Of a stretch of DNA of 64,000 bases, positions 29,052 to 41,535 are shown piece after piece. Below the pieces are notes generated by a model. It made no database searches. It was not told the DNA's origin and was given only the letters and a program-made list of their open reading frames with translations. Source of the DNA: Eledone cirrhosa (Eukaryota); contig OZ024749.1 in the NCBI GenBank assembly GCA_964016885.1, forward strand, positions 7,750,001-7,814,000, in the 5' to 3' direction. The translations under genes were made by a program, and so were the position numbers. Every line of letters starts with the position of its first letter. Within the stretch, counting starts at the first letter, position 1.

Positions 29052-29245
29052 GGAAAACGTATGACCCCGACGGCAGAGCTCAAGCCGTTTCGACGGCGAT
29101 TTCTGGACTAGAAATGGCCGTCAAAACGGCTTGAGCTCTGCCGTCGGGGTCATACTTTTTTCTATTTCCCACTCTACTACTCTAAGTATTGAGTACTCTG
29201 GTGCGTTATGGTCCATCTGGTCCCTTACCACAATTCCTTTGTTAT
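29052..29245 (+). mobile_element. Fold-back repeat family copy 2
   Basis: ~110-nt hairpin 29052-29162 followed by conserved tail ending in TA repeats. Confidence 0.8.
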
Positions 29246-29490
29246 ATATATATACACACACTAAAGTAACCGCGCACACATTATTTCAATAAAGTAGCCC
29301 AACTATTATATAGGTAGAATACAAACGAGAATATATATGTAAAGCCATTCCAATGGTGTTTGTGTTAGTATACTTTCGTTTTATTAAATTTTGTTTTCAT
29401 TGGTTTAATATACAATTGTTTACATACACAACTACCTACACAAACACACATATATATATATATACATATACATACATATGTACAAATAGT

Positions 29491-29595
<105 letters not shown>

Positions 29596-30356
29596 TGTGT
29601 GTGTGTGTGTGTGTATATATGTTTAAATATATATTTGTATATATATATACGGAGGGGTGCTGCGTGTGCGTACACGCATCAACAATCCTATTATCAGTGA
29701 AATTATCGTTTACTACTGTTCATAACAGATCTCATTGTAGAAGAAAAATGGAGTATATATATATATCTGTGCGTGTGTGTGTTTGCGTGCGTGCATATGT
29801 GTGTCGTTTTTTTTGTGTGCGTGTTGTATTTGTGTGCGTGCATAAATGTAATCAGTGTTTTATAAAAAAAAATTATGTGAAAATATATTTATTTTATTTT
29901 TACACAAATTTCTCTTCCATTTTACTTAACCCATAAAATGTGCAAAATTCGGTATAAAAATTTCATTATGGATATTAAAAATTGATCAGTATGAACGACG
30001 ATTCCCAAACGATAATAAAAGAAACACAATTATCTCCCTTGAAAATTTCATGGCAGATAAAATAAAACATTACGATAAACAGCAGAGAAATAATAAAAAA
30101 ATGAAAAAAATTAAAATAAAACCAAAAGAAATGTAAAAGTATTACCAACGAAAGAGAGAATGGAATTTTGAATGTAACCGATTACACCATGGACTTTTTT
30201 TTTTTTTGTAGGAGTAGGGAGGTGAAATTCTATGTTATTTTACTTTACAAAATGTCAATCTGTACATATCCCGCCCCATTCCATTCATGGCATACACTAC
30301 CAATTCCATAAATCTAACATGAGGAAACGAGAAACATTTATATCGTTACAGTAATG

Positions 30357-31272
<916 letters not shown>

Positions 31273-31416
31273 ACTTAGGTTAATAGGAGTTAGGTATTGT
31301 ATACCCGTGTCCCATTAAGGTATTGGCAGCATAATAATTAGCTCTATGCTTTGGAGCAGAGCCGTATATATGATAAAGAACACAAGAGCGTCTACAACAT
31401 CAACAGATTTTTATTG

Positions 31417-31461
31417 GCTTACAATGTTTCTTCCTTATGTAACCGTAGGATTCGTCAGAGC
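31417..31461 (-). ncRNA. Hammerhead ribozyme in left arm of 31368-31994 palindrome
   Basis: GCT-CTGACGA-TCCT/AGGA stem-GAAA-CATTG-TA-AGC, then AATAAA. Confidence 0.78.
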
Positions 31462-31898
31462 TTTAAAAGGGGTTTGATTGGTGTTATGGACTCTACCAAC
31501 TAAACATTCAAGAACAAAGAGTAAAGAGAGTAAAGAGCAAAAGTAGGGGACGATAAGTCTAATTTTGGTGCGGAAGGGTGGCGTGTGGGTCCTTGTTTAC
31601 TAGCTGCGGTCATATTCATTCCCGGGAGTCGAGTGGTTAGCTGAACCATAGATGGGGTGGGGTCGATAGTATGGTGCAGAGGGTGTGCAGAGGCTACACA
31701 AACACAAAGGGCATACAATATGTATATATATAATGACTCCCGGGAATGAATATGACCGCAGCTAGTAAACAAGGACCCACACCCTCCCGCACCAAAATTA
31801 GACTTATCGCCCCCTACTTTTGGTCTTTACTCTCTTTACTCTTTGTTCTTGAATGTTTGGTTGGTAGAGTCCATAACACCAATCAAACCCCTTTTATA

Positions 31899-31943
31899 GC
31901 TCTGACGAATCCTACGGTTACATAAGGAAGAAACATTGTAAGA
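31899..31943 (+). ncRNA. Hammerhead ribozyme in right arm of 31368-31994 palindrome
   Basis: GCT-CTGACGA-...-GAAA-CATTG-TA-AGA; stem I weakened by one substitution. Confidence 0.7.
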
Positions 31944-31989
31944 CAATAAAAATCTTTTGATGTTGTAGACGCTCTTGTGTTCTTTATCA

Positions 31990-32069
<80 letters not shown>

Positions 32070-32290
32070 AATGTAAGTATGTATGTATACGTACATACAT
32101 ATATGTACACAGACGTACAGTAGCATGTATATATATACATACAGGCACACATATATATATGCACGTATCAGTTTACCGAACATTTATTATAATGCTCGGT
32201 TTGTTCGTTTGTAAACAAACAAACAGCCTGAATTACGCCGTACAGTGTTTAGGCAACCACGTCACCTTTTTGTTCAACACTGACACAGGA

Positions 32291-32333
32291 ACGATGTACT
32301 AGTTTCAAGCTTATTAGCTATCGTCAGCACCGT
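32291..32333 (-). ncRNA. Hammerhead ribozyme in left arm of 32068-32656 palindrome
   Basis: ACGGTG-CTGACGA-AGC/GCT stem-GAAA-CTAG-TA-CATCGT; palindrome ACTAGT. Confidence 0.82.
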
Positions 32334-32379
32334 ATACCTTTCTGCCAAATGGTTGAACGTCCGCCTTGCAGAAAGGTAT

Positions 32380-32422
32380 ACGGTCCTGACGATAGCTAAT
32401 AAGCTTGAAACAAGTACATCGT
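32380..32422 (+). ncRNA. Hammerhead ribozyme in right arm of 32068-32656 palindrome
   Basis: ACGGTC-CTGACGA-...-GAAA-CAAG-TA-CATCGT; two substitutions vs left copy. Confidence 0.65.
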
Positions 32423-32705
32423 TCCTGTGTCAGTGTTGAACAAAAAGGTGACGTGGTTGCCTAAACACTGTACGGCGTAATTCAGGCTGTTCAGTTTGTT
32501 TGTTTGTTTACAAACGAACAAACCGAGCATTATAATAAATGTTCGGTAAACTGATACGTGCATATATATATATGTGTGTCTGTATGTATATATATACATG
32601 CTACTGTACGTCTGTATACATATATGTATGTACGTATACATACATACTTACATTTAAGTAAGTGCCGTACTATGAGTGAGAAATGAAATTTCGTTTCATT
32701 CTATT

Positions 32706-32777
<72 letters not shown>

Positions 32778-33165
32778 GTATACATGAAGATCCCACTCTC
32801 TCTCTATATATAGAGATTAACATATATGCCCACATATATATATAATTGGTGTGGGATGCTTAAAGCGTCCGTATGCGGTAGGCCGTTTGAGCACTCGATG
32901 CTTTTACAGAACAGAGAATAATATCACATAAGAAACGGAGAATCAGTGGTGCGACGAATAAAATTTATTAGACAATTACAATCGTGTCTCTGGTGACCAG
33001 CTCGATCAATGATCGAACCTGACTCTGAAATCACAAGCTCCTCAGATACGTCTCGATTCTTCGAAGCAGAGTTTCCAAACGTGGAAACTCTGCTTCGAAG
33101 AAACGATTGTAATATGTCTAATAAATTTTATTCGTCGCACCACTGATTCTCCGTTTCTTATGTGA

Positions 33166-33201
<36 letters not shown>

Positions 33202-33511
33202 AATAACAACAATGACAACAACAAAAATAGTATCACAATAGGAAGGCTACAAAGACGTCTGTGAGTTTTTGTTACCAAGTAACAAACTCATTTCCATGAG
33301 GTTTATATATTTACATAATTAGGTCAATGGGAGTAAGGGATGACGGGAAACGGACGGGGCTTAAAATGCGAATATATATACACAGTTTTCATCCTTGTTT
33401 TCGAAGCCTATCGGGCAGGATAAAAAGGTGCAGTAATAATGAAAGACACAAAGCTACACACACACAAACACACACACAAACACACACATATGTATACATA
33501 AGTATATATAC

Positions 33512-33554
<43 letters not shown>

Positions 33555-33652
33555 ATGATGCACTTCTACTCATAGAATATAAAAAATTTAATATAGAAAG
33601 AACTAGAAAACAACTGCATAAGACATTCAAAAACTTTAACCTTAGTATCACC

Positions 33653-34948
33653 ATGGACAAAAACACTAAAAATGTTAACTTCCTAGACGCCACACTATAC
33701 CTAGACTCAAAAATATATACACCTTTCCATAAGCCTAATGAGAAACTTATTTACGTAGATACCAAGTCTAATCACCCTAGATCAATATTAAACTCTATCT
33801 CTAAGGGGGTGTCCAATAGAATCTCTAGTCTGTCCTATGACGCAAACATATTTAGCAAAAACTCACAATATTACAATCAAGCATTAGCTAGCTCCGGCCA
33901 TAATATAGAAATTGAGTTCCTACCTAAGAAAACACATAGCTACAACATCATCTCGCACAACATGTCCATGAGGGAATCTAATAATAGGAATAGCAACCAC
34001 AAGTACACCAAAGCGGAGGGTGCCACCGGAAGTAACCATTACCATGGAAACTACTGTGAGGCCTTAGGAGGAAGCAACACACCAAACACTAAAAGCAAAA
34101 ATAGAAGAAGAAATAATACATTTTTCAACCCTCCTTTCAACCTAAATGTCTCCACCAACATACCTAGGGCTTTCTTCTCACTACTAGATAAAAACTTCCC
34201 TCTAGGACACAAGTACCACAACCTCTTAAACAAAAACACCATTAAAATCTCATACTCTACGACGCCTAACTTAGCATACCACATAGCTAGCAGCAATAAT
34301 AGTAAAATTAGTTCTTACTTCCAACAAACAAAATCACAACGGGATGCAAACCCTCTAAATACCACTGTAGCAAGCAACAATAGCAACGGCAGTAACAATA
34401 GAAATAACACTAGTATAAGTAATAACACCAGGGTTGTCAACCCGAACACCCAAAATCCTATATCCACCACACAGACTTCCGCATTGCATTATAACCAGCG
34501 GACTAACGCACAGAATAATTGTAACTGTAGAGCTAATAGAACCTGCCCTTTAGATAAAAAATGCCTAACCAAGGATGTCATATACTCATGCACAGTCACG
34601 ACTAATAACTCTTCAGAAACCTATGTAGGCTCCACTTCTAACTGCTTCAAAATCAGATATAACTCGCACATCCACTCGTTCAAAAAGCACAGCCTAGCCA
34701 ACTCCACCTCACTTTCTAGCTACATACACTATCTAAAATCTAAAAATAAACCATACACACTCAAATGGGAAGTGATAGGCAGCGCGACCTCGTACAAACC
34801 ACCTAATAAATTCTGTAACCTCTGTATACTAGAGACACACAATATTATCTTCTCCAACCGTAACCTACTTAACAAAAAATCTGAGGTGTTTGCAACTTGC
34901 CAGCACCGCCTCAGACATTCCTTCCAAAACTTTAAGCCCTATATATAG
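33653..34948 (+). CDS. Penelope-like polyprotein C-terminal part (RT thumb, linker, GIY-YIG endonuclease)
   Basis: VNFLDATL, SNHP, FFNPPF, KISYS, CNC...CPL..KCL..DVIY...YVGST...R...H, CNLCILE, LLNKKSE; open for 431 aa but RT core missing. Confidence 0.88.
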   Translation: MDKNTKNVNFLDATLYLDSKIYTPFHKPNEKLIYVDTKSNHPRSILNSISKGVSNRISSLSYDANIFSKNSQYYNQALASSGHNIEIEFLPKKTHSYNIISHNMSMRESNNRNSNHKYTKAEGATGSNHYHGNYCEALGGSNTPNTKSKNRRRNNTFFNPPFNLNVSTNIPRAFFSLLDKNFPLGHKYHNLLNKNTIKISYSTTPNLAYHIASSNNSKISSYFQQTKSQRDANPLNTTVASNNSNGSNNRNNTSISNNTRVVNPNTQNPISTTQTSALHYNQRTNAQNNCNCRANRTCPLDKKCLTKDVIYSCTVTTNNSSETYVGSTSNCFKIRYNSHIHSFKKHSLANSTSLSSYIHYLKSKNKPYTLKWEVIGSATSYKPPNKFCNLCILETHNIIFSNRNLLNKKSEVFATCQHRLRHSFQNFKPYI

Positions 34949-36391
34949 CAATGTCGGACTGGAACCTAACACCACATCTAGCATCAAACACCAGAGACAC
35001 ACCCTATACTACATACCCAACACTAGCTGATCCATTATAACACAAACAACGACATCCCTCTGGAACCCTTCGCAGGGAAAATACCCATTTATACCTCTAC
35101 GGCAGGTGTGACAACATCCACCCACTTGGACGGCACTACACCGCTCTAAGGGTAATTTGAGCATGAATTGATCGGTTGGATGGTGTTGGGCAGAGGAAAC
35201 ACCTTCCTTAGACAGATGTAAAATGATTTAATCGAGTAGCGCTGTTGACCAGTAGGACCGGGCTGCTGAGCGCAGTGAGTGAATGCAATGCAACTGCCGT
35301 GCGGGTTGTACGTATATGGATGATCTGACGGTCAGAGAGGGGTCGCGAGGACTGCGGATTGACCTTTGGCCTGCCTGGGGATGATTATCTTTCGACATCC
35401 AATGTAGCAAGCGATGACCCAGATCTTACCAGAGATCATTGGGTCCTGAAGCAATCCTGCAGTCACCGCGCCTGGTCATATGAGCAGACTACAACCACAG
35501 AGATCATTAATTTAGAATCCTCGCTCATCATCTATAATTTCCATTTGTAGCACCTTAAGATGGGTTAATCCACCTTAATAATAATATGATCACCTTCAGC
35601 ATAATTTAGTTAAACTACTCTATAGTTAGTACACTTTATGCTTTAAAAGTCTCTCTTGGAAGGTGCACCTCACCATAGAATTTAGGGTCTATATTGGGAC
35701 ACATTTTAATGGCTAGATATAGAAACCCCAGAGTTACCTCCCCGCATGCATTAACTCCCCTTAGCCACACACACACTTCCGGTATTCAATGGCGTTTCTC
35801 GAAACGTAACAACCTCCTGTATCGAACTAAAGAACACCAGACTACGATCTCTAACTGGATTGTCGTGGATTATGTGAAAGGCATATAATCGAAATATACA
35901 CTCCCTTGACCATGAAAATGCCGAAGTACATGAATTACTTGACATCCCTGCGCTGTGCATCTCCAATACTTATAACACTTTTAATGCTTGCACTATCTTT
36001 AATGCTTATAATATTTCTCCACACACAGACTATATCAATCATATAAAGACTTTGCCACCAGATCTACCAACCTAACACTCTTATTTACCTACCTAAGTGC
36101 CTCTACCACACATATCTCTCTGCCACACTATATAAACAAGACGCACATGCGTGCCACACATATAACATTTGCACTATATAACCACTTATCTTCATGTTGT
36201 ACTTTAACCTATATCTTTGATTTTTGATTGTACCTATTAATATAAATGTAATCTCAAAGTGTGTACTGCCAATCTAAATTCTGTAATGAATGTTGACCCA
36301 CAATGTTTGAATATGTATCAATGTTTGAATATGTGTTGGTATGTCTCTCGGCTGAAAAGGAGGTCATATAACTGTCCATGCATTAATAAAT

Positions 36392-36438
36392 TGCTCCGAA
36401 GAATCCAAACCTCGGTTTGGAGGAAACAGCTGTAAGCA
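36392..36438 (+). ncRNA. Hammerhead ribozyme, CCGAAGA core variant
   Basis: TGCT-CCGAAGA-TCCAAAC/GTTTGGA-GAAA-CAGCTG-TA-AGCA; palindrome ACAGCTGT. Confidence 0.78.
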
Positions 36439-36488
36439 CAATAATGTTTTGAACAGTTCTTTGATTCTTATATTTCATATATATATAC

Positions 36489-36545
<57 letters not shown>

Positions 36546-36546
<1 letters not shown>

Positions 36547-37512
36547 TAGCAGCAGTACCCAGCGTTGCCTGGGTAGGTAAAATAATATTTGCTTTGATGA
36601 AAAGGTGTTGATCTTAGCGACTGCGAGTTTCTTGAAAATCGGTCGTAAGGTGTAGCAAATGGCGAAGTGTTGAGTGAAATCGTACGGAATATGTGGGAGG
36701 TGGAAGAAATCGTATTTTGAAGTGTTAAACGGCTGCCAAGCCGTCCCTGAACAAAAAAGCAATGTGTAAATGATAGGTTAAAAGATGTGCAATGATAGCT
36801 TCATCTTAGTATAAGTGTGAGGTGGAGCCGAAGTTTCGAATTTGAACGAAATCGTTTGAAAATACGGGAGCTAATGGTAGGTTCTATCGTAGTATAAAAG
36901 TTGAACCAAATAAATTGATTTATGTGTGACGTGGAGCCGAAGTTTCGAATTTGAACGAAATCGATGGAAAAATGTTTGAGCTTGAGCCGAAAAGGCGGAA
37001 ATTTGAGCGAAAAGGAGGTGTTTTCGAATATTTAAGTGGTTGTCACGCCGTTCCTGAACACTGAACAAAAGATCGAAAATGTACAGCCACTTTAAAACGT
37101 GAAATAATCAGATCTAGCGTAGTGTAAAATTTGAACAAAGTAGGTTGATTAATGTGGGAGCTAGAGCCGAAAAAGTGGAAATTTGAGTCAAAAAGTGGTA
37201 TTTAAGCGGCTGCCACGCCGTCCCTGAACAATAAATGCAAAATATAATGCGATTGCAGGATGTGGAATGATAAATTCTATTTTATTTGAAAATTTGAACG
37301 AAATCGGTGGCAAAATGTGGGAGCTAGAGCCAAAAATCTTATTTTTCGATACCTAAAAAAAGGTGACCCTCTATCGATTTTTATCTGCAGAATGACTCCG
37401 AAATAAAAAAAAAAACCATACGCTGATATATAGAAGAAATTCCCCGATGACTAATCTATGAGCCTGTAAAGTTTCGTGAAAATCGGTTGTAAGATGTAGG
37501 CCCCTATAGGTA

Positions 37513-37579
<67 letters not shown>

Positions 37580-37599
37580 TAATTTTATATATGTACAGA
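36546..37599 (-). mobile_element. Non-autonomous Helitron
   Basis: Minus strand starts A|TC, has (TG)n near 5' end and internal subrepeats, and ends in hairpin CCCAGGCAACGCTGGG then CTAG|T. Confidence 0.75.
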
Positions 37600-37759
37600 T
37601 ATATATTTACATATATATTTATATACATATATATGTATATATGTATGTATACATATCTGTGTGTGTGTGTGTTTGTGTGTGTGTAGCTTTGTGTCTTTCA
37701 TTGTTACTGCACCTTTGTATCTATCTATCTATCTATATATAAAATAATCTATATATATA

Positions 37760-40188
37760 TATCTGGGATAGACACATGTGCTGAGCTCGCTCGGTAAGTT
37801 TCGTTTAAATTTATCTGGAAATTGTGAACTGTAAACTTTCATTTTTGTACCATTTTGTAGAGAGACTGCCAGGTCAAACTTTGATCTGGTCAGTCTCTCA
37901 AAATATTCTACGCCTTTAGGCGAAATAGTGTTGTAAAAATTTAATCTTTCGAAAAATTTCGAAAAATCATATTTTGATAAAAATGGCTGAAGCATCTTCA
38001 CCAAAATTCGAAGGAGGAAAGGGGAAGATAAGCTTACAGCTTCCCCCTGCCACTGTCACAGTAGCAGAGGTCAAAAAGAAAGGTCAGCCAGAGGAAGGAT
38101 TTTCTCCACCTGTTGACCGACAACTTGACGTTGCCATGGCAACAACCCAAAGAACCAGCGGCACCAGCAACAGCAACAACAACAACAATGCGACGGACGA
38201 AAACAACACCAATAACAATAACAACAACAAGACCAATAAATGTGACAACAACAACAATGATAACAACAACACCACCAACTACAACAGCAACACAAACAAA
38301 CAAAATTTCTCCTTCGCCGAGACGGCAAGGAAAACCCTCGACTATCTGCCAGTAGATATATCCAAAGCGAAGGAGCTACTGGCAGATGCCAAAAAATATA
38401 TAGTGTACGGGGAAAATGGTTCATTCACAATCCATTCCCCCCCGGAACTAAAAAGCCAGAGACTCCTAAACACTATCATGTTTAGGACAATCTCGAATAA
38501 AAGCAAAAAACCAGCTCAACCATCACAGAGTGAGATAGAGCTGGTTTTAAAAGACGTCATGAAGGACATCACCTTCATTCAGAAGGATAGACTCTATGGG
38601 AGTCTATCCATTCTCATGAAGGACAGGAACACAGCAGTGAAACTGTCCATCAAACCAATCACATCCACCGCATACACCTTCTACCCTACGTACATGGGTA
38701 GAAGAACACAAAAAATAAAAATCCACACCATCCTGCCGATTATGGACATATGGTGGGTTTTGACAGGTTTCCTGGACCTGAATGATGACACGCTGGTGTC
38801 CATGGGAAAGGCATCGGCTGACGCGTTCAGTGGAACGAGCCTCGAACTTGTAGTTCAAATTAGGCCCGAAAGGATCGCCCAGATCCCTGAACGCGTCATA
38901 CTGGATGATCTAACTTTCATCAACATTACCGTTGAGGGTAGGCGGCCCTCGTGTTACCTCTGCGGAACCAGAGGTCACCTGAGAGCTGTCTGTCCCCAAC
39001 TTAATAAGAAAACCCCAATCCTGCCTACACCACCAACAACTGCACAACCAACACAATCACCACAACTACCACTACAAAAACAACCACCACAGCTCAAACC
39101 AAAACAAAACAATGTCCAACCCATCCTCCTCACTCAAAAAACAAAAACAATTTCCAAAACACCCGCACCGCAAACACAACCCGAAAATATACCCCTCCCC
39201 TCCAACGCGGAAGATGACCCTAGTTCGTCGTCAGACGAGGAGGAGCACTTCCACACAATCAAAAGAAAAAAAAGAAAACACACCTCAGACACACAAATGA
39301 AAAAAAACCCTCCCCAAAACATAACACTGACACCAACACAAAAGAGCTCACAACAACAGCAAACAAAAAACACCACACAAAAACAAAAACATGCATACAC
39401 ATACATAAACACAAGAAACAAAAAACTGTTAAACATTGTGTACAACAACAATCTAATAAAAACCCAAGGGCCTAACTTCACCCAGGCAGGGGATTTCCCC
39501 CAGCTCAAAATGATTAAGGCCCCACAGGACACCTATAAAACTTTAAAAAACAACTTTAAAGAGGACGTGCCGATCTGTGGGGCTATGTCGAACAACTGCT
39601 GTCAAGGGTGGGACCGATCTTGTTGTCCACCGAGTCTATTGTAACGATCAAGCCGCCACCCCTCTTCAAAAACGAAGGAGAGGCGGTGTTTCTGTGCGTA
39701 ATAGCCATGGCGAAAGAGGTTGTATGGTGGACGCGTCTGAAAGGACTGAGGTCAGACACCTTTCTCTCTGGCCAACAACTGGTCCGTTTCTTCCGATATC
39801 ATTTCGGAAGAAGGATCAGGATGGAGAGAGAGGTGCTGCACCCCAGCCGTTTTTATGAAAGATGGGTGAAAGTGGCGAGAATGGCCCGTGTGAATGGGCC
39901 TTCACTCTACATCAGACTATAAGTGAGGAAGATGAAAGACCAAGGGAGCACCCCTTCTCTGTGCTCCCGAGGAAAAGGGTTGCACACTTTTGTTCAGGGG
40001 TGTGTGCGACCCCCCAAGGCGCCTCCTCTCTATTGAGGACTTTGTTATAAATTTTATTTTTTGTTATATTTTATTTTATTTTTATATATTGTTATTGCCT
40101 CCTTCTTATTGAGGACGCCTTGTTTTGTAAACTCCCCCATTGTACTTGTCCCACTTTTGATGCCCTGGTGGCAAATAAAAGAAACATA
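37760..40188 (+). mobile_element. Tx1-like LINE with near-complete ORF1 and internal deletion of almost all ORF2
   Basis: 5' UTR, ORF1, junction at ~39569 to ORF2 C-terminal remnant (39570-39922), 3' UTR ending GGCAAATAAAAGAAAC; (TATC)/(TA) flanks. Confidence 0.82.
37983..39644 (+). CDS. LINE ORF1 gag-like protein with CCHC zinc knuckle
   Basis: ATG at 37983; FSFAETA motif, CYLCGTRGHLRAVC knuckle, basic KRKKRK tract; last ~24 aa read out of frame from fused ORF2 sequence. Confidence 0.85.
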   Translation: MAEASSPKFEGGKGKISLQLPPATVTVAEVKKKGQPEEGFSPPVDRQLDVAMATTQRTSGTSNSNNNNNATDENNTNNNNNNKTNKCDNNNNDNNNTTNYNSNTNKQNFSFAETARKTLDYLPVDISKAKELLADAKKYIVYGENGSFTIHSPPELKSQRLLNTIMFRTISNKSKKPAQPSQSEIELVLKDVMKDITFIQKDRLYGSLSILMKDRNTAVKLSIKPITSTAYTFYPTYMGRRTQKIKIHTILPIMDIWWVLTGFLDLNDDTLVSMGKASADAFSGTSLELVVQIRPERIAQIPERVILDDLTFINITVEGRRPSCYLCGTRGHLRAVCPQLNKKTPILPTPPTTAQPTQSPQLPLQKQPPQLKPKQNNVQPILLTQKTKTISKTPAPQTQPENIPLPSNAEDDPSSSSDEEEHFHTIKRKKRKHTSDTQMKKNPPQNITLTPTQKSSQQQQTKNTTQKQKHAYTYINTRNKKLLNIVYNNNLIKTQGPNFTQAGDFPQLKMIKAPQDTYKTLKNNFKEDVPICGAMSNNCCQGWDRSCCPPSLL

Positions 40189-40509
40189 TCTATATATATA
40201 TATATATATACACATATATATATATATGTGTATACGTATATATATATATATATACGTATACATATATATATGCATGTACGTATAGTATATTTGGCACTAT
40301 ACTGTTATGACTATTTTAAAACATTCTGAAGACAATTCACTATGAAGTTTAGAGAAGTGACTATGTCACGGATTCGATTAAGATGGTCAATTGCCTTACA
40401 GTACCAGTAACAAATGACTCTGATCTAAAGAATTTTCTGAACACATTTAAATGCAATAAATGCCGATCCCTCAAAGGGGCCTTTATTCCAGATGCCTATA
40501 CATACATAT

Positions 40510-41115
40510 ATGGTGGCTGCCAACTCGTTTTCGAGTACGGCCACTACTTTATATCCATGTAGGAGAACCCCTACCGATGCGCTGAACGAGTGTGACTTTT
40601 TAGTCCAGCCAGCGACTTGAAAACTCTGGTACAAACACTACACTTGTGACAATTACTGACACATAGTGCTGGGCCCATGGTACCATGTGACGACAAGTGC
40701 AGAGAGATCTCCAGATATAAAGCAATGCCTGTGCCGTGAAGCTTTTATAGTGAGCAAAGGCACTGCACAAAGCCAGTCCCACTCTCTTAACCAAGATGAT
40801 ATTTACCAAAAAGAAGAACAAGTCAACATCATTGGATACCATCAGGGTTGCAGGTGTTATATCAGAGTTTTCCTTCTCCTAGAATTCTGCCTTGACAAAG
40901 GCTAAGGGGTCATCTCTCCCGGTGATTTTGGATGGCCATTGACTCTTAAGAGCTCCTTTGCCCTTTGACAGGTTTTGTTTTTAGTCCTGCAGGATGTCCA
41001 AAGTCACCCTCCTCACCAAGAAACCTTGGTGGGGTTGCCAGTTTAGTCGCCAACGACCCGACCATGGGACAGGTTGTACTGGGATACATGTTACCAGTAG
41101 CACCAACTGGTGACA
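40510..41115 (-). mobile_element. Bipartite RTE-derived non-autonomous retroelement (copy 41541-42150; diverged relatives 42195-43900)
   Basis: Minus strand: RTE-like 5' UTR motifs (AAAACCTGTCAAAGGGC, CTAGGAGAAGGAAAACTCTGA), 3' part encodes [22 protein letters not shown], terminal hairpin, (ATGT)n tail. Confidence 0.7.
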
Positions 41116-41204
41116 TACATATATACACACATACATACATACATACATACATACATACATACATACATACATACATACATACATACATACATACATACAT
41201 ACAG

Positions 41205-41535
41205 GACTAGTTGCGAAATTGCAAGTACAATCCATTAATGGAGCAGTAAAAATTTGTAAAACATTCTGCATCTAATTCTGCATCTCATAACTGCATATAC
41301 ACATGTACAGATACAAAGCATATACACAAGATTCAAAGCATACACGCATGCACACATACGACTCAAAACATACGCATCCACACATACAATAACATCCATA
41401 TCTACACATGTATGCATACATATCTACCTAGTCGATGTTGTGTAAATTCCAATGAGAGAGTCTTGTGTCTATGTTAGAAACCGACTCTCTCTCTATGGAA
41501 AACATTTGTGAAATTATAAAAGCAGAAGAACATAT
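41205..41535 (+). mobile_element. 3' end fragment of R4/Dong-type LINE
   Basis: Near-identical to 45125-45435; flanked by (CATA)n. Confidence 0.8.

Larger units (their letters stand above)
33553..36475 (+). mobile_element. 5'-truncated Penelope-like element with long 3' UTR/pLTR
   Basis: RT-thumb to GIY-YIG ORF, hammerhead near 3' end, bounded by (TA)n. Confidence 0.85.
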
